A stretch of DNA of 64,000 nucleotides from Octopus bimaculoides (Eukaryota), in the NCBI RefSeq assembly GCF_001194135.2, contig NC_068982.1, forward strand, positions 108,254,364 through 108,318,363, written 5' to 3'. Shown piece by piece: positions 1 to 11,559 of this stretch (position 1 is its first letter; each line of letters starts with the position of its first letter). The notes under the pieces are model-generated. The model was not told where the DNA came from. It saw only the letters and a program-made list of their open reading frames with translations, and searched no databases. A program made the translations under genes and the position numbers.

Positions 1-2
1 TC

Positions 3-17
3 TAATAATAATAATAA

Positions 18-48
<31 letters not shown>

Positions 49-83
49 AAGAAGAAGAAGAAGAAGAAGAAGAAGAAGAAGAA
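3..83. repeat. Compound microsatellite (TAA)n then (GAA)n
   Basis: Read directly from the sequence. Confidence 0.97.
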
Positions 84-768
84 AACAGTTCTTCCATTGC
101 CGATGTTCGAGGTAAGGATGAATTCCTTCTATCCAAGTGGAACAGCGGTGCAGATGAGTCAACACCAAAAATCCTGCTGTTTACTAAGCTACACAAGTTT
201 CTTCGACGCAGCATGATTCAATGCCCTTCAAAATTGGTGAGCATTTGTTCATATTCGCTACATCAATGATAAAATAATTTTTCCAAGGCAAGAGCCCACA
301 GAACACCACGTGGATAAGGTAACCATTTCTAACAACAACCCTGCAAAAGACAAATTCCTGAAGTTGAGAAATGATTCAGTGCCTCTTAGCACATTTGATA
401 CTATCGAAGGTATTACATCTTTGCGGCTTCTGGAAGGAACAACCGGATACTCAACTTTATTGACAAATGCTAGCCATTTCTTGTGCGGTGTACATATGAA
501 GTTGAGTTGTCCACAACGTACTATGTTGGCTTGTTCTAAGCGTAGATGTGAGACTGATTCTATCAGAGACAAAACTAATGATAAAATATCCCTCTTACTA
601 AGACTAAGTTCTATATGCAGCGATTTACAATAAGTGATGAATGATTCTACAATAGTGCACTCGTGTTTTGTGTATTATACACTTTCACGTTGGAGTACTA
701 TTTTTAACTTTGTCAGACTTCAAATAGGAGTAAAAGCGAAGAAAAAATATTTGAGAATCACTGCTCGA

Positions 769-858
769 TGTAGTGCATGGAGTGTAGTGTAGTGCATGGA
801 GTGTAGTGTAGTGCATGGAGTGTAGTGTAGTGCATGGAGTGTAGTGTAGTGCATGGAG
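769..858 (+). repeat. 19-bp minisatellite, about 4.7 identical copies
   Basis: Unit TGTAGTGCATGGAGTGTAG x4 plus a 14-bp partial copy. Confidence 0.95.
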
Positions 859-1362
859 ACACTACAATTATAAATCTCGGATATTTCAAAGGATTTTAAA
901 TCCTTGTCAAAATCTAAACCAAATTTTCTGTAGTACTTTGCGATATTTTTAGCAGACTGTATCGTTTTCTCAAAACATTTTTATTTTCTTTTTGTAATTG
1001 AAATCAAAAGCTATTATAATGTCAGACCAGAGATCGTTAGAGCTTTAGCAGGAGTATTGGTTATTGATCGAATATGTGAGTCACGGTCATTGATCTTACT
1101 CAACATTATAAGTAGCGCAGATTACTAGAAATATATTTATGATTCATCTAATTAGATAAAAAGTCTACCGTAGTTAAGAACTAAAGTAAGCAATTCCGCA
1201 TGACAAATAGCATAGTTTAACAAAAACAGGCGAAGCACTGATTCTGATGTATCAACAATAATACTGCAACAGCTTTTATTCGTTGGATTTACATAAGAGT
1301 ATCTTCCTTTTTTTCTTTTTTCTTCAACATCAGATATTTTTTTATCCATTTACTGTAGAGAA

Positions 1363-1753
1363 GGTGGAGGTGCAATGGCCCAGTGGTTAGGGCAGCGGAC
1401 TCGCGGTCATAGGATCGCGGTTTCGATTCCCAGACCGGGCGTTGTGAATGTTTATTGAGCGAAAACACCTAAAGCTCCACGAGGCTCCGGCAGGGGATGG
1501 TGGCGAACCCTGCTGTACTCTTTCACCACAACTGTCTCTCACTCTTTCTTCCTGTTTCTGTTGTGCCTGTAATTCAAAGGGTTAGCCTTGTCACACTGTG
1601 TCACGCTGAATATCTCCGAGAACTACGTTAAGGGTACACGTGTCTGTGGAGTACTCAGCCACTTGCACGTTAATTTCACGAGCAGGCTGTTCCGTTAATC
1701 GGATCAACTGGAACCCCCGACGTCGTAAGCGACGGAGTGCCAACACACACAAC
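1363..1753 (+). mobile_element. tRNA-derived SINE (called family A here)
   Basis: A-box-like TGGCCCAGTGG (1376-1386) and B-box-like GGTTTCGATTCC (1419-1430). Its 3' ~170 bp recurs inverted at 4412-4590. Ends in a CA/CAA-rich tail. Confidence 0.85.
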
Positions 1754-2546
1754 ACTGTAGAGAAGAAGCATGTGTGTAGTTTGCTATCATTGCATGACAC
1801 AAACAATTATCTCTTGGTTGTGAAACATGTCAATTGAAAAAAAAATGTCATTGATCTCTTTTCGTATTTTATAGTAGTGGACCTGTGTGGGGTGTCTGTC
1901 TGTGTGTCTGTCTGTGTCTGTCTGTGTATGTATCTGTGTGTGTGCGTCTGTGTAGCGAATTGTTTCCTGGATTCTTAGCCAGGAATCGGAACGTTAGTCT
2001 AGATTTTTCTATGAATTCTTCCCTGTTGTTCTTGGTTTTAACACTTAGAAGTTTATGAGGGTCAGCTGTCACACTTAGTTAGTTCTAATGCTTAAGTTAA
2101 CGTTATTGGATTAAAAACAGTCAACAGAGATAAACTCATTTATCTTCCATTGTTCTCCGACCTGTATCCAGCTTTCCAACATGTATAAATACAATACCCA
2201 AACTCAGTACTGTCTTTTTCACTTGACTCCTCGCTGGAGAGCACCTCTCTTTTTGTTCTTCTTCACCTATGGCTTGTCACTGCGGTATTATACAACTTTC
2301 ACGATCTCTACTTGTCAACACAAAAGTAATTTTTAAAAAAAACTCTTTCTCTCTCCTTCTTCCATTCATCTTCTAGCAGTCAATAAAAGACGAACACAGC
2401 TACCTACAAAATCAACAATAGAACTTCAGCTGATATTTATACAATAAAAACTCGAAGAAGTTGGTTCTTATATTGTAACGATAAAATAAAGGTCATACAT
2501 CAATTGATATTTTTCTTTCTCCCATTTATCCCGTACATATAATCGT

Positions 2547-2547
2547 T

Positions 2548-2578
<31 letters not shown>

Positions 2579-3149
2579 TATACATACATATATAAATACA
2601 CACACACACAGATATATATATATATATATATATATANNNNNNNNNNNNNNNNNNNNNNNNNNNNNNNNNNNNNNNNNNNNNNNNNNNNNNNNNNNNNNNN
2701 NNNNNNNNNNNNNNNNNNNNNNNNNNNNNNNNNNNNNNNNNNNNNNNNNNNNNNNNNNNNNNNNNNNNNNNNNNNNNNNNNNNNNNNNNNNNNNNNNNNN
2801 NNNNNNNNNNNNNNNNNNNNNNNNNNNNNNNNNNNNNNNNNNNNNNNNNNNNNNNNNNNNNNNNNNNNNNNNNNNNNNNNNNNNNNNNNNNNNNNNNNNN
2901 NNNNNNNNNNNNNNNNNNNNNNNNNNNNNNNNNNNNNNNNNNNNNNNNNNNNNNNNNNNNNNNNNNNNNNNNNNNNNNNNNNNNNNNNNNNNNNNNNNNN
3001 NNNNNNNNNNNNNNNNNNNNNNNNNNNNNNNNNNNNNNNNNNNNNNNNNNNNNNNNNNNNNNNNNNNNNNNNNNNNNNNNNNNNNNNNNNNNNNNNNNNN
3101 NNNNNNNNNNNNNNNNNNNNNNNNNNNNNNNNNNNNNNNNNNNNNNNNN
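2547..3149. other. (CA)/(TACA)/(TA) microsatellite followed by assembly gap (N 2637-3149)
   Basis: Read directly. Other N-gaps: 5033-5593, 19339-19348, 29641-30019, 35724-35941, 40207-41050, 41472-41484, 43254-44101, 53601-53610, 54131-54738, 57907-57916, 58407-58416, 58764-59177. Confidence 0.97.
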
Positions 3150-4411
3150 TTTTTTTTTTTTTTTTGTCGAATGATTTCGTAATATCTTTATGAAAATCCA
3201 TTCGCTTCTAACATCCATATTCTAATATTCAGTCATATTGTGAAGGCATATTATCTGAAGTGCTGCAAGGATAATGAAAAGATTTGATCATATTTTGTGA
3301 TCCACTCCTTCATGCAAATCATCACTCCAACCATTCCACATTACTAGGTCAATGCTAGTCTGATCACAGGCATTTGCCACTTTATTTAGTACGAGCCACT
3401 TGTGGATCATCGTATGTTGGGAACGTCTATCTTCAACTTTTTGGCTGATGCACTATCATGGAGAAGAAGATCTGGAACAGACGAGAAATAATTTACAGGA
3501 TTCCGAACAAATTTCAAACACAGTACATTATTCACCCATTGCTAGTGTAACGGTGATTCGAAACCGAACCGCTAATTAACCGGTCATACATCACGACCGA
3601 ACGACAATAGCTTCATATGATCGGTCTATCAAGCAACCAATCAGCATCAAGCCATCACGTGATTCAATCTTTTATAATCTTCTTCTTGTGCCCTACCAAA
3701 GGCTGTTTTTGGTGGTAATCAATTGTAGAATGTTGAGGCAACTGAGCGATACGTGTCTTCATTCTTTTCATACCAGACGGCGCACAGATGAACCCAGGAA
3801 CTTTATGCGGTGTTCCTCTGTGGAGACTTGCATTGGAAAAAATATTTTATCATTGCTGTATCGACATTCTGAATTGTCTTACCCTACTTGGTTGTTTGTG
3901 TATTCGAAACTTTCTCATTCTGCACATACACACATACACACATACACACCAATATTTAACCGCTGGATACTAGATAATCTTTTGTTACGAGACTGCTGAA
4001 TGTAATCTTCAAAACAGAAGATATTAAGATAATGCAATAATTCAAACTTGAGAATATCGGCAGTCCTGATCAAATTCCAATTGAGTCCTAAAAGAACTAG
4101 CCAGCCCACTATACTGCATATTTCCTCTGCTCTTTATTTGTAGTTGATTTCAAAGTCAGCGGAAGAGTGTTACTGCGATACATATACTTTAGAGAAAACA
4201 GCGCTGAAAACATCAACTTGGTTTAGAAATGGAATAAGCAACTACAAATCTACATGCTGAAAAATCAATTCATTTCAAGCAAGCAATTCGGCTTCCGACT
4301 AAATTATAGTAAAGCCAACAATGTTATTATCATTCTTCGGATATGAAACAATTTCCTGGACAGGTGTCATATTCTTCGATATCAAAGAAGTTTGTGATAG
4401 AGTTTGGTCAC

Positions 4412-4710
4412 TGACACTCCGTCGGTTACGACGACGAGTGTTCCAGTTGAGCCGATCAACGTAACAGCCTCCTCGTGAAATTTATGTGTAAATGGCTGAG
4501 CACTCTACAGACACGCGTACCCTTAACATAGTTCTCAAGGAGATTCGGTGTGACACAAAATGTGACAAGGCTAGCCCTTTGAAATACAAGTACTACTAAT
4601 TTTTGCCAGATAAGTGGACTAGAGCAACGTGAAATAAAATGTTTTGCTCAAGGACATAACGCGCCACCAGGAATCAAGCTCATGCCCTAAACAGTAAGCC
4701 ACGTGCCTTC
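4412..4710 (-). mobile_element. tRNA-derived SINE (family B): CORE-like head plus family-A 3' tail
   Basis: Minus strand has a degenerate A/B-box head, then a CORE-like GTCCTTGAGCAAAACATTTTATTTCACGTTGCTC block, then a tail homologous to 1575-1745. Confidence 0.75.
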
Positions 4711-4760
4711 ATAGAGTTTGGTACAATGGAATCTACGTCGAACGATTCTGCTAGCTCGCC

Positions 4761-4828
<68 letters not shown>

Positions 4829-4829
4829 G
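4761..4829. repeat. (TTA)n microsatellite, 3' flank of a minus-strand Dong element
   Basis: Read directly. Preceded by a family-D SINE head fragment at 4738-4760 on the minus strand. Confidence 0.97.
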
Positions 4830-5604
4830 TAGTTTTATTTTTATAACGTGCTTTCACTTCACTACTGAGCGCAGCTCTGTGTGCCTTGTGTATGTGCTGT
4901 GGTTTGCTGTGATGCTCTTATGGTTACTGTATTGAAAGTGTTTTGCGTAAGATGTGTGCAGTGCCCAGTAGTGCAATTTTCTGTATGTTATATATATTTG
5001 TAAGTCCTGGTGTTTTCGTTATGTATTTGTCTNNNNNNNNNNNNNNNNNNNNNNNNNNNNNNNNNNNNNNNNNNNNNNNNNNNNNNNNNNNNNNNNNNNN
5101 NNNNNNNNNNNNNNNNNNNNNNNNNNNNNNNNNNNNNNNNNNNNNNNNNNNNNNNNNNNNNNNNNNNNNNNNNNNNNNNNNNNNNNNNNNNNNNNNNNNN
5201 NNNNNNNNNNNNNNNNNNNNNNNNNNNNNNNNNNNNNNNNNNNNNNNNNNNNNNNNNNNNNNNNNNNNNNNNNNNNNNNNNNNNNNNNNNNNNNNNNNNN
5301 NNNNNNNNNNNNNNNNNNNNNNNNNNNNNNNNNNNNNNNNNNNNNNNNNNNNNNNNNNNNNNNNNNNNNNNNNNNNNNNNNNNNNNNNNNNNNNNNNNNN
5401 NNNNNNNNNNNNNNNNNNNNNNNNNNNNNNNNNNNNNNNNNNNNNNNNNNNNNNNNNNNNNNNNNNNNNNNNNNNNNNNNNNNNNNNNNNNNNNNNNNNN
5501 NNNNNNNNNNNNNNNNNNNNNNNNNNNNNNNNNNNNNNNNNNNNNNNNNNNNNNNNNNNNNNNNNNNNNNNNNNNNNNNNNNNNNNNNNNNNNTTGCTGT
5601 AGCC
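4830..5604 (-). mobile_element. 5'-truncated R4/Dong-type non-LTR retrotransposon, interior hidden by a gap
   Basis: Minus frame gives KYITKTPGLTNIYNIQKIALLGTAHILRKTLSIQ*, matching the C-terminus of the other Dong copies here. A 3' UTR follows, then (TAA)n. TAA repeats lie on both sides of its sense strand. Confidence 0.75.
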
Positions 5605-5680
5605 CATTATTATTATTATCATCATCATCATTATCATCATCATCATCATTATTATTATCATTATTATTATTATTATTAAT

Positions 5681-5733
<53 letters not shown>
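5605..5733. repeat. (TTA/TCA)n switching to (TAA)n: inverted triplet microsatellite between two divergent Dong copies
   Basis: Read directly; the strand switch is near 5678. Confidence 0.95.
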
Positions 5734-5735
<2 letters not shown>

Positions 5736-6645
5736 GAGCGAATAATGCCGATGTTGACAAAGCCCTTACTCATCAATGGCTAATGGCCTCTGGCTTAAAA
5801 TCTGAAACAGAAGGGTTTATCATAGCAGCCCAAGATCAATGCCTGCCTACAAGGAACTACCAGGCCAACATATTAAAAGAACAGTAACTTCCCAACATGT
5901 CGTGTATGTCAACAACAAAATGAAACCATTGATCATGTTGTCTCCAAGAGCAGTCTTCTTGCGCCTATAGAGTATCTCAACAGGCATGATAGAGCTACAC
6001 AATATATTCACTGGGTAATTTGCAAAAACCTGGACTTGCCCCATGATAAAAATTGGTGGGAACACAAACCACCTCCAGTGCTTGAAAATGATCACATCTC
6101 ACTCCTCTGGAACTTCACCATTCAAACTGACAGAAAGATAGATGCAAATAAGCCAGACATCATATTGAAAGACTTCAGTCAAAAATCATGCCTCTTCATT
6201 GATATGACTGTCCCAATCGATATAAACGTATCTGTCAAGACCTACCAAAAACTGAGCAAGTATAAAGATCTTGAAATAGAAATTAGCAAAATGTAGAACC
6301 TGAAGACTTAAACAATACCTGTTGTCATAGGTGCCCTGGGAATGATAGCAAAAGGGGCTGATTGCTACCTAGCTCAGATACCAGGAAACCCCAAAATGGC
6401 AGAAATTTAAAAGCTAGTGCTCATGGAAACTGCCCATATCCTATGCAAAATACTTTCTATGTAATCTCAAGTTTTAAAACAAACACAATTTTCTTATGGT
6501 TTCTTAAACATCTCTAGAATAACACTATCTACAAAACCAAATATATGGCACCCTAGGCATAACATCAATATGAACTTCTAAATTGTCTCTTGAGGTTTCT
6601 GGGTGTGGAGACAACTTGTAGAAATGTAAAGCAAGACTCAACATA
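5734..6645 (+). mobile_element. 5'-truncated R4/Dong LINE (zinc knuckle + restriction-like endonuclease), decayed
   Basis: Translates to HQWLMASGLKSETEGFIIAAQDQCLPTRNYQ, a CRVC...DH knuckle and WNFTIQTDRKIDANKPDIILKD...LFIDM (PD..D endonuclease). Stops and frameshifts present. TAA repeats on both sides. Confidence 0.9.
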
Positions 6646-6789
6646 AAATAATAATAATAATAATAAAGTGTAGTAATAATAGTGAAACTATAGCAGTGAA
6701 CAAATAAACAATAGGATAGGGATTATAGTAGTAACAGTGAAATTATGATAGCGAACAAATAAATAATTACCTAGATTGATAATTAGCCA

Positions 6790-9022
6790 GAATGATTAAC
6801 AAGTGGAATTGTGAAATCGTCGAGTCATCGGCGACTAAACCGGCAATCCCACTAAGCTTGTTTGATGAGGATTTTCGACACCTTCGGGATTAAAAACAAA
6901 ACCCGGCAAAGGGCTGAGGAACTCAGAAGAGTCAATGGCCATTCCGAAAACGAGTAGAGGGAACTCGTGAGCCTTGGTTGGCAGTCTGTCTAGGAGAAGG
7001 AACACTCTGATTTAAAATTGGGGTAGATAAGATTCCTTTGTCACTAGTTCCATGCCTGGGATGAAAACGAATGAACCGCGAATCGGGACTTAATTCCGGA
7101 GCAATATTTGGATGAAGATACGGGACCAACTGACGTTCACCTGTCTCCTAGTGAGAATCATGATCATGGACCCCAACACAGAAATGCAAAGGGAACAGGC
7201 CCAACTTATGAGTCGTAAGAGCTCTGCAGTCTTGGTTGACAATTTTGCTAGAAATGGTGTCTCGTTAAAAATCCCGGTTGGTGGCTAACCTTAAAACACA
7301 AACCTCAATGTTGAGTGAAAATGTCTAATACAAATGTATCAAATAACGGTATTAATGAGGCAGGAACCAAAGGTGAAAGCCTTTCGCCCGGCAGGTGCCC
7401 TGTGGTTCAGCAGCGCTGGCCTGGTCATCATCCAGAGACTGCTTGTACACAAAGCCAGATATAGAGCAGAAGGTGGGATAAGGAGGCAAACCGAACGATA
7501 ATTGAATGCTGGATCAGGAGTGAACCCAGTAGAAGGGGATTCCGACAACGAATGAAAGCAAAATAGAATGAAATGGGACTCTTCAAAATAAGTGAGCAAC
7601 GGTTAGCCGATCAGGCAAGAGCAATAAGAACAAAAGGGTGGTTAACAGACATAGAAATTGAAGAGATAAAAAGGAAACAAGAAAATAGAAATAATACTAC
7701 ACCAACACATAAATTGCCCAGTGAGAACAGAGAAATAAATGGCAGCAGTGAAGACGTAGAGCAAAGTGTAAATGTAAATGTATTCTCAGCGAATGAAGCA
7801 GAAGTAATAGGAAGAGCTATAACACAAGAATACGATGATGACCAACAAGATATAGTGATGATGCTGAGCCGATATATTAGAGAAGATCAGGATCAAGTCT
7901 GAAGTACATTGATCGACGCATGCTCAAAGTTGAAGCCGAAAAGATAGATTCGGTCCTTGGGCTATTACAGACGAGAAATGTAGCTGAAACTAACAAGATT
8001 GGGCTGCAGCTATGCTTGCTGCAGATAGAGTTGGATGCAGAAGAGAACAAACATAACGTAAAGAACCTATTGCTAGTGACAGTTAAGAACGAGGGGGTAT
8101 TGAAAGCAGAGAATAAAAGGAAAAGCAAAGGAAGAAGTGCAAAAAGGACATGAAGAAGAATTACGCAAGAAGGGACTACTCAATCAATTCCATGCAGCCA
8201 CAACAGAAGTTGCTGGAAAAAATAAGTGAGATTGGCTGATGAAAGGAACATTAAAAAAAGAAACCGAGAGCACTATACTGACAGCGCAAGACCAAGCTTT
8301 GGCCACGAACTGGATGGTCAGCCTTAGGAATGAGCAAGTGTTTCCGCTGGGCCGCATTTACAATAGAGTGGATGAAACCATTGCCCATATCACGAACGAA
8401 TACCCTAGACTTGCGCAAAACCACTACAAGTTGTGGCGACACGATCAGGTAGCTATATTGGATCAGTGCTACATTAGAAACTGTGCGAAAAGTGGGGGCT
8501 AGAGAGAGGCAAGACATGGTATGAGCACAAACCGCAGAAAGTGGCGGAGTCAGTGACTAGCAAAATCCTCTGGGATTTCCCAATCCGAACAGATCAGGTA
8601 TTAAAACATAACAGACCAGACCTAGTGGTGGTGGACAAGGTGTACCACATATGCTATACAGTTGATGTTGCATTCTCCTTTGACCCATGAATAGTCAAGA
8701 AGGAAGGCGAAAAGATAGTTAGATACCACCCTCTTAAGTACGAAATAGTCCGGCTATGGAAAATGAAGGTGAAGATAGTGCCAATTATTGTTGGGTCCTT
8801 GGGAACAGTATCAGAAAGCATCAAGGGAAAGCATAAAGGAAATTGGAATAGATTGCCCAGTAGAACTGTTACAAAAGGTTTGCCTCCTTGACACGGCCAG
8901 AATAATCAGGAAAGCACTAGCTAGCTGAAAAGAATGGATAGCATTGTACCGTAGGCTGCAGGTAGCAAGCCCGCTACGCGTGTAAGACTCCAGGAGTTCC
9001 AACAAAACCTGTGATAAAGAGA
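6790..9022 (+). mobile_element. R4/Dong LINE retaining 5' UTR, N-terminal ORF and C-terminal knuckle/endonuclease but lacking the RT domain
   Basis: N-terminal [17 protein letters not shown] is followed about 0.65 kb later by LKKETESTILTAQDQAL and ILWDFPIRTD...RPDLVV. The coding span is only about 1.7 kb and has no RT motifs. Junction near 8040-8065. Ends at TAATAATAAT. Confidence 0.85.
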
Positions 9023-9182
9023 AATAATAATAATGATAATAATCTGACAGACAAGTTCAACTTCTGGCCTTCGCGTGGTGAAGCCGTTTGCAAGTAGCAG
9101 AAGGGAGTGAAAAGGCGAGTGTCTGGCGCCGTCAAATAACCAGTGCTCCGGGTTGGTTGAGCTCGTTAGCTTTGGATAATAA

Positions 9183-11559
9183 CACTGGTCAACAAGTGTT
9201 TTTCATCAAGCATATGTCAAGGTGTACTTAGTGTAGTTTTTAATACTGATTTCAAATATGCAGTTAGTTTTTTGACATCTTGTACAGTTTTCGAGATGAG
9301 AAAGTTTTTTGGTTTTAGCTTATGCATTATATAGAAATTCCAATTAATGACGTGTATGCGTGTATTTCATTTACATCAAGGAAACATACCTTTAAAATAA
9401 ACTACATTATTCATTGTTGCATATTTCAGATGCAATATTTCATCATCTTAAAATAACCAATCAATTTTGTCTGACGACATAGGTATTTCAACATCTCAAA
9501 TTGTCCAGTCATAATTGGTCTAATGAAATATTTCATCATCTCAAATTCAGTATAAGTATAACTGTTTGCATCTATTTCCTTACTTGTTTTACAGTGTTAA
9601 CAATGTCTAGACAGTGTAGAAATCGTCCTGATGTGTTTTGTTATGTCTGTAGACAATTTACTGCAAAAGCTCAAAAACGTACAATAAAAGCAGAGATCAA
9701 GAAGATTTATAAGCTATACTTTGACTGTCCCCTTGGAGATCAGGACAAGTCATGGGTACCGCATTTTATCTGCTCAGTTTGCTCAAATGACTTACGGGAC
9801 CGGTTCAATAATAATAAGTCCATGCCTTTTGCCATTCCAATGATATGGAGGGAGCCAAAAGACCATTTTAATGACTGTGATTTTTGCAAAGTAAATGTCA
9901 CAGGATTTTCTATGAAGAATAAACACAAAACTGTGTATCCCAATTTGGATTCTGCAATGAGACCTGTGCCTCACAATGGAAGTCTGCCAATACCAGTTCC
10001 ACCAGATGATGGTATTGAAACATGAGATGATGATACTGACAGTCACGTTAGTGCTGCTGAGGAAGATTACGTAGCTGATGGCGATAGCTTTGAACCTCAG
10101 AAATTTTCCCAAGCTGAACTGAATGACTTTGTCAGAGGCCTATCCCTCTCAAAAGATAAAGCAGAACTGTTGGCATCAAAACTGAAAGAAAAGTATCTGC
10201 CAGAGCACGGTGTTTGTATAACTTATTTTCGGCAGAAAAATGTGCTTCTACGAGCGTGTTTTTCTGTTGAAGGCCCGCTTTGCTTTTGCAGTAACATCGA
10301 TGGACTTTTCGAATTTTTATTACAAAATCATGATCCTGCAGAGTGGCGTTTGTTTATTGACTCCTCAAAGCGAAGTTTAAAAGCTGTACTTTTCCATAAT
10401 GGTAATTTGAAGCCCTCAATTCCTATTGCATATTCCGTTCATCTTCATGAATCATATGAGAATATGGAACTTTTACTTCATGCCGTTGCTTATGAAAGAT
10501 ACTCATGGAAAATATGTGGAGATTTAAAAGTCATTGGAATGTTAATGGGAATGCAGTCAGGTTCCACAAAATACTGTTGTTTTTTGTGTCTATGGGATAG
10601 TCGGGTAACTGACAGACATTATTCGGAATCAAACTGGCAGACAAGAACATCATACTAGTCAGGAATATCTAGCGTCAAGAATGCACCTCTTGTAGATCCA
10701 TGTAATGTCCTATTGCTTCCTTTGCACATAAAGCTTGGAATGATGAAACAGTCTGTAAATACACTAGGAAATGCCAGAGCGTTTGATTATATTGTAGAAA
10801 AGTTTCCCAAAATCACACAGGCGAAGTTGAAAGAGGGTATCTTTGTCGGACTCCCAAATTAGAGAAGTACTCGAAGATGTCAACTTCAAGACAACACTAG
10901 ATGAAGTGGAATTGCCTGCCTGGAATGCTTTCAATTGAATCTACAAGAATTTTTGGGGCAACAAGAAGGTAATGAACTACAAGGATGGCATCAAGAATCT
11001 TCTGAAATGTTACTCAGCAATGGGTTGTCGCATGTCACTGAAAGTTCACTTGGACTCCCATCTGGATGTCTTCGCAGATAAACTTGAAGCAGTGTCTGAT
11101 GAACATGGCGAAATATTTCACCAGGACATTAGTGCTATGGAGAAATGGTACCAAGGCTTCTGGAATGACAGTATGCTGGTTGACTACTGCTAGACACTCT
11201 ACCGTGATCAACCAGATCAGGAACATCGCAGGAAATCCAAATCACAATGTTTCTAACTCTGTTGTTCTTACTTTGTCTGTTTTGTCTGACTCATTTTTTT
11301 GTGTATTCACTTTTTGTCGAATGATAGACATGATTTTTAACTGAATAAACTCATTTACTTTCTAAGAATAATATGTCCTAATTATTAGATTAATGATTTC
11401 ATATATACAAATATGTAAATATTTGCATGTATCTACTGAAAAACTAATACATGCTGCATACAAATGGAGTGAAATTTTGAAATCAGCATGAAAAATTAGT
11501 CTAAAAAAGTTGGTTTGTATTCATAATGAGTATAATACATTTAATTTTGTTGATCAATG
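9183..11559 (+). mobile_element. Full-span Chapaev3-type (CMC) DNA transposon
   Basis: TIRs CACTGGTCAACAA (9183-9195) and TTGTTGATCAATG (11547-11559), 11/13 match. TAA on both sides (9180-9182, 11560-11562). Family assigned from remembered transposase motifs. Confidence 0.85.
9603..11225 (+). pseudogene. Disrupted Chapaev3-type transposase
   Basis: MSRQCRNRPDVFCYVC, DQDKSWVPH, MPFAIPMIWREP, LFIDSSKRSLKAVLFHNGN, ICGDLKVI, KYCCFLCLWDSR, LHIKLGMMK and VSDEHGEIFHQDI appear in order, with in-frame stops (~10023, ~10656) and frameshifts. Confidence 0.88.

Noticed and set aside
84-674. Huntingtin- or LRR-like host exon
   Set aside because: The resemblance is limited to a few residues on opposite strands, with no consistent frame or splice pair.
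769-858. CRISPR-like array
   Set aside because: Units are contiguous with no spacers, and the context is eukaryotic. The SINE array at 28303-29180 is also not CRISPR.
1363-1435. tRNA gene
   Set aside because: A/B boxes are present, but there is no acceptor stem or T-run terminator, and the sequence continues into a repeated SINE body. Same for the other SINE heads.
1968-2005. Hammerhead-like GATTC..GAATC GGAACGTT
   Set aside because: Hairpin and palindromic AACGTT are present, but there is no CUGANGA-like core.
6913-6965. Hammerhead at CTGAGGA...GAAA in the Dong 5' UTR
   Set aside because: Small hairpins exist (ACTC/GAGT, GGAA/TTCC) but no stem III, cleavage triplet or stem I can be formed.
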